From IMG/VR virus record IMGVR_UViG_3300046787_000286, positions 16,060 through 80,059 of that record: 64,000 nt of DNA. One strand, given 5' to 3'. Position 1 is the stretch's first letter. Every line of letters starts with the position of its first letter. Source of the stretch: a virus. The notes under the pieces were generated by a model that had not been told where the DNA came from, made no database searches, and saw nothing but the letters and a program-made list of their open reading frames with translations. This document shows positions 20,001-29,694 of this stretch, piece after piece. The translations under genes were made by a program, and so were the position numbers.

Positions 20001-21126
20001 GAATATCCTTTAACATAGATTGTAGCTCGTCCCACAGAATCTCTTCAAAACCACCATTATAGAAGTGTTTCCAATTATGCTCGACCGTCTCACGACAAAG
20101 GTGGAATAGTGCAATTCTTTCTTCAACGGAAAGGTCACAAAGAGTTTTAAGCAAGCTGGCAATCGCTGCGATACGCTCATGAGGATCCGCAATTGTGTCG
20201 TAGGTCTCATCCCATATATGCCCAAAAGTCTTAAATCCATAACTACGCAAATACTCCAAACTGCCTTGTGTTGCTACTAGCACAAACGGCATACCTAATG
20301 CAATAGGTTTAAATGTTTTCTCTGTTAAATGATGTCTGCGACCATCTGCAACAGTTTCGGTTACTAAGTATAGCAGACTATCTGCTGCTTGGTCAAACAA
20401 ACTGAGCCAGCATGAATGCATGGGGTGATCAGTTTCGTTCTCAAAGTTAATAGGCAACTGCTGTGCAGCAAACACATCCTGTATATCTGGGTAGATTCCT
20501 AACAATGGCTCAGCAGCATCTACTATGCTTATGTTCTCAGCAGGGCACACAGCAGGGCACGAAATGTGATTGTCTGTTAGATTGTTCTTGAATATGTGAT
20601 AAAGCATTTCCAATCTGTGTTTGCGTTCGCCTGCAATAATACGGTTAGGTGCTATAAACGTTCGAGTAGGAGCACGTTTAGCAATAGGTGTAATTAGGAA
20701 TGTTTTATTATATCCTCTATACCAGTCTAGTGCTGCCCAACCGTGAAAGAAATAGTAATAACTGCGCCAGCCAAAAGATGCACACAATTCATCCACAGCA
20801 TCGCTATCACGTTCACTGGTTACAATGCTACCGGGCCACTTTTTGTAACCTTCAAATTTGGGTAAATTCTCAGCGTTCCAGTGAATGTCGTAATTGTGGT
20901 AATCTCTAACTCGATCAAACGTAGGTAAGTGTATACCCAAATGAATTGGCTCTTGATCAAAAAATAGTGTATAATTATACTCGGGTATGTCATTTAGTCC
21001 ATAATTAAGTATACTATCAGGATCGCTTCTACCGAATGGATCGCAAAATTGTATTCTATGGCCTGGTAAATTTTTCTTAAACCACGGCCAAAATGTATTT
21101 TGATATATTTCGTCTATTCTAAACAT
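19981..21126 (-). CDS. glycosyltransferase-like protein (TEK-motif paralog)
   Basis: VTETVADG..LTEKTFKPIALGMPF. Confidence 0.4.
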   Translation of the reverse strand: MFRIDEIYQNTFWPWFKKNLPGHRIQFCDPFGRSDPDSILNYGLNDIPEYNYTLFFDQEPIHLGIHLPTFDRVRDYHNYDIHWNAENLPKFEGYKKWPGSIVTSERDSDAVDELCASFGWRSYYYFFHGWAALDWYRGYNKTFLITPIAKRAPTRTFIAPNRIIAGERKHRLEMLYHIFKNNLTDNHISCPAVCPAENISIVDAAEPLLGIYPDIQDVFAAQQLPINFENETDHPMHSCWLSLFDQAADSLLYLVTETVADGRRHHLTEKTFKPIALGMPFVLVATQGSLEYLRSYGFKTFGHIWDETYDTIADPHERIAAIASLLKTLCDLSVEERIALFHLCRETVEHNWKHFYNGGFEEILWDELQSMLKDIHAESRL

Positions 21127-22930
21127 GTTTGATATTTTTTATATTGGCCAGAAGCCAAATCTTTTTGCCCACGAGCAGCCAGTTGATAGCATAAAGCAAG
21201 CACAAGAACTCAGCAGAACTAGATATTGTTGGGTAATAAATTACTTAGCGGATCTGGGCAGTTGGGATTTTCTTTGGGAACCAAGTCCGTGGCAAAGTCA
21301 CTTTAGACATGCATGGCCCAGCCAACATCAAAAAGACGCAGGCGTATATCTTGTTCCCAAGACCTGGAATGGAACTGACACACACTACCATACTAGCCCT
21401 GCTGTAACTAGACTATCAGGTGTCGACAACTGGAGCGGTGTTAATTATAACTTTGACTATTCGTGGCACCCAGACTACAGTGAGCCACCGTACATTTATC
21501 AGTTTGGTACACAGCACCAACGCACAGGTGGCCCACAATATATTATTCCGGGCGCAACAGAAATCAAGTTTGTAGACCAATACAAGGTCAAAGTTGATAG
21601 GGTTGCTACAGCTATTGTAGAAATTGATCACTTGGACGGTAATGCAGGACACATACCCGGTGCTACTGATAGAGCAAGATACTTTGACAACTACAGAGAT
21701 ACGCTGATTCGTATTGCAAAAAAATTAAACGGGCAACACGAATTTGCTTGGATATGTTCTAGCATCTGCGACTACGAAGGGTTTGACTTTTCGTGGCACC
21801 CAGAGCAGTGGCAAGCAACAATGCTTCATGTATTCCCCAGCAATGATCAAAAGTTTGGCGATACATTCTTTATGCATGTGCCTACCTTTGCGTATCGAGC
21901 AGAACAGTTTAAATTACTAGACTGGTATGATGTAAACTTTATTGATACAGTAGTACCTAGACGTCGATTACCTGTGATAGAACACACCAGTGACAGTCAA
22001 GCAGAAGCAATCAAAAGCACCGACTGGGCAGGGCCATTGGCATTGTTTACAGTGGACGGATTGCCAATGACTATCCCCGCAGTGTCTTTATGGAGACAAG
22101 AAACAAAAACAATCATGCCGTTGAGTAAGGGCGCAAGTTCTGTAATTGTTCCTAAAACAGCAGTGCCATATATCAAAACACAGCTATACGATTACCCTTA
22201 CATAGATAAAACTAATACTAGGCGTGCTAGCGATCAACCTCTAGACATTGTGTTTATCAGCAACGGTGAATCAAATGCAGAAGACAACTGGATGATGTTG
22301 GAAAACAGGATCTTGTTGTTGGAACCAAACAAACTACACAGAGTAGATAGAGTCAACGGTCGAGCTGCTGCTTATCATGCCGCTGCTAGAGCAAGTACTA
22401 CACCTTGGTTCTTTGCAGTGTTTGGCAAGTTAGCAATCGATTTAAGATTTGATTGGGAGTGGCAACCTGATCGCATGCAGGAAGCCAAGCACTACATCTT
22501 CCACGCTCGTAATCCTGTTAATGGATTAGAGTATGGCCATCAGGCAATGATTGCTTACAACAAGCAATTGGTATTAAACAATCCTGGGGTAGGACTAGAC
22601 TTCACACTAGATAGCCCACACGAGGTTGTTCCTATCCTTACAGGCACAGCCTATTATAATGATAGTGCGTGGCAGTGCTGGCGCACAGCGTTTCGCGAAG
22701 TTCTAAAGCTCAAAGCAAGTCTTCCTGATGTAGAAGCAGAGTATCGTATTAGTCGCTGGCTACTCCCTAACTTTGGAGATATTGATAAGTGGAGCCAGTT
22801 GGGCGCACAAGATGCAGTTGAGTACTACGATGAAGTGGACGGAGACTTCGATGCTCTTAAAAAGAGCTATGAATGGGAATGGCTAGCAAGCTATGCGTTC
22901 GTTAAACGCAGTCTAGTACCTGGTCAATAA
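21125..22930 (+). CDS. hypothetical protein with internal repeats
   Basis: 601 aa; repeated FD(Y/F)SWHP motifs; its start codon overlaps the divergent gene's start (CATG). Confidence 0.5.
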   Translation: MFDIFYIGQKPNLFAHEQPVDSIKQAQELSRTRYCWVINYLADLGSWDFLWEPSPWQSHFRHAWPSQHQKDAGVYLVPKTWNGTDTHYHTSPAVTRLSGVDNWSGVNYNFDYSWHPDYSEPPYIYQFGTQHQRTGGPQYIIPGATEIKFVDQYKVKVDRVATAIVEIDHLDGNAGHIPGATDRARYFDNYRDTLIRIAKKLNGQHEFAWICSSICDYEGFDFSWHPEQWQATMLHVFPSNDQKFGDTFFMHVPTFAYRAEQFKLLDWYDVNFIDTVVPRRRLPVIEHTSDSQAEAIKSTDWAGPLALFTVDGLPMTIPAVSLWRQETKTIMPLSKGASSVIVPKTAVPYIKTQLYDYPYIDKTNTRRASDQPLDIVFISNGESNAEDNWMMLENRILLLEPNKLHRVDRVNGRAAAYHAAARASTTPWFFAVFGKLAIDLRFDWEWQPDRMQEAKHYIFHARNPVNGLEYGHQAMIAYNKQLVLNNPGVGLDFTLDSPHEVVPILTGTAYYNDSAWQCWRTAFREVLKLKASLPDVEAEYRISRWLLPNFGDIDKWSQLGAQDAVEYYDEVDGDFDALKKSYEWEWLASYAFVKRSLVPGQ

Positions 22931-23990
22931 CATATTCAACTTCTGAATCTGTTAGCTCAGGATAGATAGGCAAGCTCAAACAACGTCTGCTTAGAGCTTC
23001 TGCGCCACTAAAGAAACGTTCGCTGTGGTAGCAATTACTATATGCTGGTAAACTCCACAAAGGCTCTGTGTAATGCACTTTTGTTTCAATGCCACGTTCT
23101 TTAAGTTTAGCGGCCACTTGATCTCGGTTGTCTAGTGCAATAACAAACTTGTGATAGCAATGCTTGTCAAAGTTTGTTTTATCTATTAAACTACGCACAG
23201 GGCTATTTTCTAAACGAGTCATCCAGTCTTGTGCAATAACTCGTCTACGATGTTGCCAGTAATCAATAGCGCGAGTCTTGACCATCATTTGGGCACAGTC
23301 TATTTCACTCATGCGAGAGTTAGATCCTGCCATGTGATGTTTGTGATGTTTTCCGTGTGTGGTCCAGTCTCTAGCAAACGAAGCCAGTAACGAATCATCT
23401 GTTACAATAGCGCCGCCGTTGCCATAGTTTGCTAGATTCTTTGTGGGATCGAAACTAATAGCAGTGGCTTTACTGCGACGTCTACATTTATCTGCAAGCC
23501 AATGCTGGGCACCATCCTCGATTACGTAGTCTGAATAGTAATACGCAGTATCATCAGCAAGTGCCTGTCCGTATAACCCAACTACGCATACGGCTTGACG
23601 ACTACGACTGCGATCGATCTTGTTGTAGTCTATTTGTCCGTAAGCATCTGTGTCAATAAGATCTATTTCCCAACCTGCACGACTCCATGCGTTGGCAGTA
23701 GCAGGGAATGTTAGTGCAGGGAGTATCACACGCGGAGGGTGTATACTTTGTTCTTCGGCATAATACGCAGCAATAATTTCTAATGCTTGTGTGCCAGAGT
23801 GGCAGGTTACTGCATGTCGTTGACGATTCTTGTTAGCAAGCCATTCTTCGAACAGTGTAGTTTGTTCCCCGCTCATGAGGTTACCTGAACGCAACACTCG
23901 ATCAGTTGCATCCAGGATTTCTTCTCTGAGATTGTTATACTGCCTTTGGATTCCAGTAAACGGAATTGTTAAGCCATTTGTAGTATTCAT
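22902..23990 (-). CDS. DegT/DnrJ/EryC1/StrS-family PLP-dependent sugar aminotransferase
   Basis: IPF..QY N-terminus, SFDPTKNL.. lysine region, HAVTCHSGTQALE. Confidence 0.75.
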   Translation of the reverse strand: MNTTNGLTIPFTGIQRQYNNLREEILDATDRVLRSGNLMSGEQTTLFEEWLANKNRQRHAVTCHSGTQALEIIAAYYAEEQSIHPPRVILPALTFPATANAWSRAGWEIDLIDTDAYGQIDYNKIDRSRSRQAVCVVGLYGQALADDTAYYYSDYVIEDGAQHWLADKCRRRSKATAISFDPTKNLANYGNGGAIVTDDSLLASFARDWTTHGKHHKHHMAGSNSRMSEIDCAQMMVKTRAIDYWQHRRRVIAQDWMTRLENSPVRSLIDKTNFDKHCYHKFVIALDNRDQVAAKLKERGIETKVHYTEPLWSLPAYSNCYHSERFFSGAEALSRRCLSLPIYPELTDSEVEYVIDQVLDCV

Positions 23991-24903
23991 GGAATCCTTG
24001 TTCTACGTCAATCTTGGGGTCAAAACCTAGTTTAGCTCTAGCCTTGTCAATGTTTAGTGCGCCACGACTTGGAAAGTCTGCGTCTTTGTCTTTTACTTCT
24101 ATTGAGCCTTTGCCCACAATACTAACCACCATTTGGGCGGCTTGGAGGAGTGAGACTGAATGAGATTTAGTAATGTTGTAAGTATCGTTCGCAGCACCCA
24201 CTTCCAGTGCAGCCGCCACAATTCCATCCGCAGCGTCATCGACATAGGTAAAGTCCAGTGTCTCCGACGCTCCGTTAACCTTAAGGGTTTCACCACGCAT
24301 GGCTGTAAGCATAAACTTTGCAACAACTCTATCTTCCACGTCCAGAGGCCCGTATACTGCCGATGGACGTATGATAACATACTCCATTCCTGTTCGTCGT
24401 GCGTAATCTTTGACAAGCCATTCTCCTGCAAGTTTCATAATGCCGTATTGTCCCTGTGGGTTGCATACTGCATCTTCTGTGACTTGATCTTGAAAGTCAC
24501 CATACACCATTGAACTGGAGATATAAACAAAACGTCTAACTCCGTGTGCTTTAGCACTTTCTAGCAAGTTGATCAAGCCACGCATCATTACATCCGCACC
24601 TGCTTGTGGGTTTGCGTTTACAACTTTCTGTCTAGGAAAGCTGGCCATGTGTATCAACACTTCTGGCTTGGTAGATTTTACAACAAAATCAATATTGTCT
24701 TTGTCTGCAATATTAGTACTGTAATGCAAGTGGTACCCAATCTTATCACCACGTTGATGCATTAAGTAATCAATTTCGCTTTGCGGAATGATGCCGTAGG
24801 TTGTTTTGTTGTCGACAATACTTGTGTGATGTTTTAAATCTTTCAAGCGTTTGATAACGTTGTGACCGATTAGGCCGTACCCGCCTGTTACTAATATTTT
24901 CAT
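23935..24903 (-). CDS. NAD-dependent sugar epimerase/dehydratase
   Basis: MKILVTGGYGLIGHNV Rossmann motif; YxxxK region (YGIMKLAGE). Confidence 0.75.
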   Translation of the reverse strand: MKILVTGGYGLIGHNVIKRLKDLKHHTSIVDNKTTYGIIPQSEIDYLMHQRGDKIGYHLHYSTNIADKDNIDFVVKSTKPEVLIHMASFPRQKVVNANPQAGADVMMRGLINLLESAKAHGVRRFVYISSSMVYGDFQDQVTEDAVCNPQGQYGIMKLAGEWLVKDYARRTGMEYVIIRPSAVYGPLDVEDRVVAKFMLTAMRGETLKVNGASETLDFTYVDDAADGIVAAALEVGAANDTYNITKSHSVSLLQAAQMVVSIVGKGSIEVKDKDADFPSRGALNIDKARAKLGFDPKIDVEQGFHEYYKWLNNSVYWNPKAV

Positions 24904-25181
24904 TTATTCATCCATTTCATTTGATACCATGTGTAGACTTTTTCGTCCATTACTGTAAAGTCTCCACCTATGCTATACTGCCAGTATCTTCCGTTTTTAT
25001 AAACGCCCGGCCATCCATATGTTTCTTTTAGCCATTGTATTTGATCACTAGTTGGAATGCCCTTGCTTTTGTGTAACGTCATTGGGATAAATGTTTTTGT
25101 ATCGTTATCCCAAACTTGTTTCTTTACTGGAGGCGGAAGTGTGACTTCTACATCAATGTATTCTATTTTTTGTTCCCACAT
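24900..25181 (-). CDS. hypothetical protein
   Basis: 93 aa ORF overlapping its neighbours. Confidence 0.4.
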   Translation of the reverse strand: MWEQKIEYIDVEVTLPPPVKKQVWDNDTKTFIPMTLHKSKGIPTSDQIQWLKETYGWPGVYKNGRYWQYSIGGDFTVMDEKVYTWYQMKWMNK

Positions 25182-25495
25182 AGCAGCCTCCAGAATGTTT
25201 CGTTTTGTTCACTAAGGCGGGCCATTATTTGATACTTGGTGCCCCAGCTATTGTAGTCCATGCCACTGATCCAGTAAGGTTTTTCTTCGGCATGCTCCAT
25301 TACAAACTTGCCAGCTTCGGTCTGCTGCCAATCGTAAATTGGACTAGCGACCCACAAGTCTGGATCTTCTACATCACCCATTGTTATTTCATGCACACAT
25401 ACATCGCGAAAACGCACTGCCTTCCCGTCTATTACTTTTGTAAATTCAGGTTGCCAGTGCTTGTATTCGGCTTGTTCGTTTCGTGTTATTGCCAT
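25163..25495 (-). CDS. hypothetical protein
   Basis: 110 aa ORF with a promoter-like element upstream. Confidence 0.4.
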   Translation of the reverse strand: MAITRNEQAEYKHWQPEFTKVIDGKAVRFRDVCVHEITMGDVEDPDLWVASPIYDWQQTEAGKFVMEHAEEKPYWISGMDYNSWGTKYQIMARLSEQNETFWRLLCGNKK

Positions 25496-25500
25496 ATATT

Positions 25501-25529
25501 AGTATAGCATACCTGCTAGTACTAATCAA
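25501..25529 (-). promoter_or_regulatory. sigma70-like promoter (TTGATT-N17-TATACT)
   Basis: -10 at 25501-25506 and -35 at 25524-25529, both read on the minus strand. Confidence 0.4.
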
Positions 25530-25532
25530 CTA

Positions 25533-26432
25533 CTACACAGCCATTTTGGCTTTGATTGAGTCCATTGGTGCATAGTTTTCTAGACGCATACTATCCATTG
25601 TAAATTTATCAATTTCGTGTATGTTAGCATCTAGCCAAAGCTGCGGAAGCTCTGTTGGTGTGCGTGTTAACTGTTCTTTAACTTGCTCGATATGATCTTG
25701 ATAGATATGTGTGTCGCCTGTAGAGATAACAAGCTCTCCTACCTTTAAGTCGCACACTTGAGCGATCAGGTGTGTTAACAATGCGTAACTAGCAATGTTA
25801 AACGGCAACCCCAAGAACACATCAACACTTCGTTGGTACATGTGGCAACTGAGTTCACGGTTCTTGTTTACATAGAACTGACTCATAACATGACAAGGTG
25901 GCAAGCCCATTTGATCCAGTTCGCCTACATTCCATGCACTTAGAATGTGTCTACGCCCGTTTGGATCTGACTTTAATCCTGCAATAAGATTTGCAAGTTG
26001 ATCAACTTCAATTTGATCTACAGCTAGTCTTGTTCCGCCTTTATGTGCAGCACCCAGATCTTTTTCAACACGATACTTGTTCCAGTGTCTCCACTGCACA
26101 CCATATACTCTACCCAAGTCACCATCAAACTGTGCTCGTGGTTTCCAATAAGGCGCTTGAGCATTGGGGGTCCAAATTGTGACTTTTCCTTCTGCGGTAC
26201 CGTGTGTAATTTCTGCAAGTCTGCGCTCATCGTTGCTTCCTTCGATGAACCAAAGTAGCTCACCACTACAGGCTTTCCAAGCTAGCTTCTTTGTAGTCAC
26301 AGCAGGAAAGCCCTTACGCAAATCAAAACGAAGACTACGGCCAAATACACTAATAGTGCCGGTGCCAGTTCTATCGTCCTTGGCCTCGCCATTGTCTAAT
26401 ATATCTTGCAGTAGGTCTAAGTATTGTTTCAT
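25533..26432 (-). CDS. thyA: thymidylate synthase
   Basis: DRTGTGT.SVFG, LPPCH active-site motif, full-length ThyA. Confidence 0.9.
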   Translation of the reverse strand: MKQYLDLLQDILDNGEAKDDRTGTGTISVFGRSLRFDLRKGFPAVTTKKLAWKACSGELLWFIEGSNDERRLAEITHGTAEGKVTIWTPNAQAPYWKPRAQFDGDLGRVYGVQWRHWNKYRVEKDLGAAHKGGTRLAVDQIEVDQLANLIAGLKSDPNGRRHILSAWNVGELDQMGLPPCHVMSQFYVNKNRELSCHMYQRSVDVFLGLPFNIASYALLTHLIAQVCDLKVGELVISTGDTHIYQDHIEQVKEQLTRTPTELPQLWLDANIHEIDKFTMDSMRLENYAPMDSIKAKMAV

Positions 26433-26734
26433 GATAATTTTTGTAGTAGTTCGTCTGTTTTGGGCTGGAGCATTTCTGCTACCATTGCAGCGTCAATCAC
26501 ATATTCGAGATCGCGGACTTGATCGCCGTAATCACCGATAGTGCGAATTACCGCTGTTTCGATTTCGTCAAAGTCGAGACCTTGACGTTTGAGATTATGT
26601 AGATTAATTGTGCGTTGCTTGCCACCTTTAAGTTTTATTAGAACTTTTTTAATACATTCTAATGGAACTTCGGTGGCAGTTACTTCGCTAATTAATCTTT
26701 CCCAGTGTTGCAGTGTTCGATTATCAAGCGGCAT
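26429..26734 (-). CDS. hypothetical protein
   Basis: 101 aa ORF. Confidence 0.4.
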   Translation of the reverse strand: MPLDNRTLQHWERLISEVTATEVPLECIKKVLIKLKGGKQRTINLHNLKRQGLDFDEIETAVIRTIGDYGDQVRDLEYVIDAAMVAEMLQPKTDELLQKLS

Positions 26735-27452
26735 TAGTAGCAGTAACCTTGCTAGCGTTAGAAGGGCGACCGCGCTTTGGCTTTACTGACTCTTTAGAAG
26801 TTAGCGGAACATTAGTAGGAATTGGAGCAGGTGCAACAACAGTTGGATCCATGCGCTCCGCATCCTTTTTCATTCTAGCAGCTTCGGCAATTAAACCTTT
26901 GGCCTCTGCTTCCATTCGGGTAGCCTGAGTAAGCATGTTTTGCGCAATTGCACGATCACTTAGTGCATCGTCACTTGACTGAACAGGTGCCTGCGGGTTC
27001 TGACTATTTTTGTACGCAGCTTCGGCAGCACGTTTAATTTCTGGTGCAACCATGCCACGGGCAGCATCGTTTTGTGCCATGCGTCGAATAGCTTCTTCGC
27101 CAGTCTTCATCTCGTTTAACATGTTGTTGAGTTCGTCTAGACGAATTGAACTATCAGGCCGAGGTGTAACTAACACATCGGCAGTTCGAACTTTCTTGAT
27201 CATGTTCTCTTTATGGAGAGTTTCAAGGATCACGCGACCGTCGGGTAATAGGCTGCGATGTAATGCGTCGGCAAAGTTTTCTGCTTGCTGCCCCATGTCG
27301 CTTTCGATTACCTTCATGATAGCCGATTCCCAAGGTGCTGGTAGTGTGTCTGGATAAATGACCAAGCACATGTGACCTTCTTGCGGCACCTCACGGAATA
27401 GCACAGCTACTTTGCGATCACCGTGGCGACCAATATGTTTCATAATTTTCAT
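26724..27452 (-). CDS. hypothetical protein
   Basis: start moved to MKIMKH, which has an AAGGAG RBS; Ala/Glu-rich with a basic C-terminus. Confidence 0.45.
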   Translation of the reverse strand: MKIMKHIGRHGDRKVAVLFREVPQEGHMCLVIYPDTLPAPWESAIMKVIESDMGQQAENFADALHRSLLPDGRVILETLHKENMIKKVRTADVLVTPRPDSSIRLDELNNMLNEMKTGEEAIRRMAQNDAARGMVAPEIKRAAEAAYKNSQNPQAPVQSSDDALSDRAIAQNMLTQATRMEAEAKGLIAEAARMKKDAERMDPTVVAPAPIPTNVPLTSKESVKPKRGRPSNASKVTATNAA

Positions 27453-27453
27453 T

Positions 27454-27687
27454 TTATTCTCCTTGGGGTTGTTCAGCATCATCTGCTGATTGTTCTTGCG
27501 CTTGTGACTGTGCAATAACGGCTTCTAAGAAGTTTGACAGCTTGGTATAGACTGTTCCTACTTCTAACATTTCTTCTGCTTTATACGCACCGCGTTCTGC
27601 GGCTAGGTTAATAACATTGCGAATGCTAACAAGATCGCTGATTGAGATATTTGTTTCCATGACAATATTTAATGTTGTATTGTTCAC
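27454..27687 (-). CDS. hypothetical protein
   Basis: 77 aa ORF. Confidence 0.35.
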   Translation of the reverse strand: MNNTTLNIVMETNISISDLVSIRNVINLAAERGAYKAEEMLEVGTVYTKLSNFLEAVIAQSQAQEQSADDAEQPQGE

Positions 27688-27698
27688 GGGAATAGTTT

Positions 27699-27730
27699 TT
27701 GAACGTAAAAAATACCCCTTTACGGGGTAT
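27699..27730 (-). terminator. intrinsic terminator
   Basis: atacccc-hairpin-ggggtat followed by TTTTTT on the minus strand. Confidence 0.55.
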
Positions 27731-27744
27731 TTCGGTAAGATTGA

Positions 27745-27993
27745 TTAGCTGTTTTTCTGCTTGAGAAGATACATTGTGACTTCTGCGCCACTAACTTTAA
27801 CTAATTCAGTTGGATACTTGTTGCAAGATCCCCAGCTTCTGGCACCCACCGCTTTAACACCAACCATCTTGGGATTGAGTTTGACTACTGTGCCCACGTG
27901 CATCATGTTGGAACGAGGGTACACAATACAATCGCCTATTTCAAGTGGTTGCCCAAACAGATCGTTATGTTTGATAGGTTCTTTTACAGCCAT
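27745..27993 (-). CDS. hypothetical protein
   Basis: 82 aa ORF. Confidence 0.4.
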   Translation of the reverse strand: MAVKEPIKHNDLFGQPLEIGDCIVYPRSNMMHVGTVVKLNPKMVGVKAVGARSWGSCNKYPTELVKVSGAEVTMYLLKQKNS

Positions 27994-28298
27994 GAATGAG
28001 CGCTCCAGTTGTTGAGATAACGCATACTACCTTTGCCAGCTGCGCCGAAATGTTTGATCATAAAATTGTTATAAGTCACACGCCACTTCTTTTGAATAGG
28101 CTCCGGTGAGTGGCAAGCGAGGTGGTGTAAGCGACTGTGAATACTGCCGATGGTGCGCTTATTAACTCCCCAGCCTGCTAGAAACCATTTGGCACGAGTT
28201 GGAAAGTTGTAGTTAATCCATGCGTTATCGTAGCCCATGCGGCGCAACTTAATAGTTGCCTTCTTGCTTGATTCCATTGGGCGAAACATTTTATTCAT
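27984..28298 (-). CDS. hypothetical protein
   Basis: 104 aa ORF. Confidence 0.4.
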   Translation of the reverse strand: MNKMFRPMESSKKATIKLRRMGYDNAWINYNFPTRAKWFLAGWGVNKRTIGSIHSRLHHLACHSPEPIQKKWRVTYNNFMIKHFGAAGKGSMRYLNNWSAHSWL

Positions 28299-28534
28299 TT
28301 GTATGCCTTGATGTCTTTGTGTTTAACAACAATAATATTATGGATGTTACCTTGATACTTAATAGGCAGGTCTAAGTGTATGGTAACTTCAGGACCGTCG
28401 CGATCATTGAGCTGACGATCATTGCCTACACTTCCTACAAACGGAATCTTGTTCCACTTGCCAGTTACACGATCGCCGATGTTCCATTTGCTATGATAAC
28501 GATTAGCCTCAAAGTAATTTGCTACATTGCTCAT
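28295..28534 (-). CDS. hypothetical protein
   Basis: 79 aa ORF. Confidence 0.4.
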   Translation of the reverse strand: MSNVANYFEANRYHSKWNIGDRVTGKWNKIPFVGSVGNDRQLNDRDGPEVTIHLDLPIKYQGNIHNIIVVKHKDIKAYK

Positions 28535-28737
28535 ACTTCCAAGCTCTTGATATAGTCGTTGGCACGTTGAGTGGCTTCTTCAATAGACTCCGCTAACAAA
28601 GTAATAAACGCATGGTCTCCGAGTATCTCCATGTCATATGGCACACTTCCGTTAAATTGGAAACGCTTGGGCATGGTAACTTGAACTTCGAACTCTTGAA
28701 GTTTGCCAATGCGATTAATTACTTGTTTCGCGTCCAT
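28531..28737 (-). CDS. hypothetical protein
   Basis: 68 aa ORF. Confidence 0.35.
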   Translation of the reverse strand: MDAKQVINRIGKLQEFEVQVTMPKRFQFNGSVPYDMEILGDHAFITLLAESIEEATQRANDYIKSLEV

Positions 28738-28987
28738 TGTCTACTCCAAAATGTTGTTTGATCAATGCTTGATAGTTTGCCATTGCGTATGCAAGATCAG
28801 TTTCTCCCATTTCGAGATACCTGTCTTCTTCTTGTTCCGCTAACTGGATACATTTATCAACAATCAATTTTGCAAATGCTTCCTGCATGTTGGGATTGAT
28901 ACTGGGGTAGTGGCTACCGCCTGCTTGGAGACTAAAGTTCTTTAGTATTGGATTCATTAAATTGTCTTTCTGCACACATGATTTCAA
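28715..28987 (-). CDS. hypothetical protein
   Basis: 90 aa ORF. Confidence 0.35.
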   Translation of the reverse strand: MKSCVQKDNLMNPILKNFSLQAGGSHYPSINPNMQEAFAKLIVDKCIQLAEQEEDRYLEMGETDLAYAMANYQALIKQHFGVDNGRETSN

Positions 28988-29147
28988 ATGTGCCCCACAG
29001 TTGATTAAACTTGTGTTCGTAGTAGGTACTTAGTGCGTTGAGACTATCGGTGCTGGCATTTTGTTTTGCCATCATTGTGATGTCTTCTGTTACTTTCCAA
29101 CACTCTAGTATCTGTTGCTCTAAATCAAATCGATTAGTCATTACCAT
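28932..29147 (-). CDS. hypothetical protein
   Basis: 71 aa ORF. Confidence 0.35.
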   Translation of the reverse strand: MVMTNRFDLEQQILECWKVTEDITMMAKQNASTDSLNALSTYYEHKFNQLWGTFEIMCAERQFNESNTKEL

Positions 29148-29265
29148 TCATCCTTTGCTTTACGTGCTTCGCTTACAATCTTCTTGATTATAGTCCAAAT
29201 AGGATGCCATAGATATCCTGCTACAAATCCCCAGGCAAACATTTCAACTGCTTCTTTAAAGCTAG

Positions 29266-29448
29266 TCATGGGTTCAATCCAAATCCAGATGCGTCAAGAG
29301 CATCCATCTCGCGGGTCCAACGTTCAAGTAACTTGCGAAACTCTTTGCGGTTGTCTTCGTCGTGGAATACGTCTCCACTAAACACAGCCGCATCTACTGC
29401 GTCGAGGTGCTCGTCGTCTAGACGTTTGTATGCTTGTTCGTATGTCAT
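29266..29448 (-). CDS. hypothetical protein
   Basis: 60 aa ORF. Confidence 0.3.
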   Translation of the reverse strand: MTYEQAYKRLDDEHLDAVDAAVFSGDVFHDEDNRKEFRKLLERWTREMDALDASGFGLNP

Positions 29449-29694
29449 TTTTCTGTTTCCTTGCTAGCTTTGCCTGCACGATAACCTGTGTAGATTAGAC
29501 TACCAACAACAGCTACAATGCCTACTGCCATTAAAAATTCTACTAGCACAATCATTTTAAGTCCTCTACATTAAAACGTTTGCGAAGTTTAGTTGCAAAA
29601 TAACCTTTAAGGATGACTTCATCAAACATAAAGAACAGCCCAATCAACATTACAAACGTCATTGTAATCATAAAAAGGTCAGCAAAAAACATAA

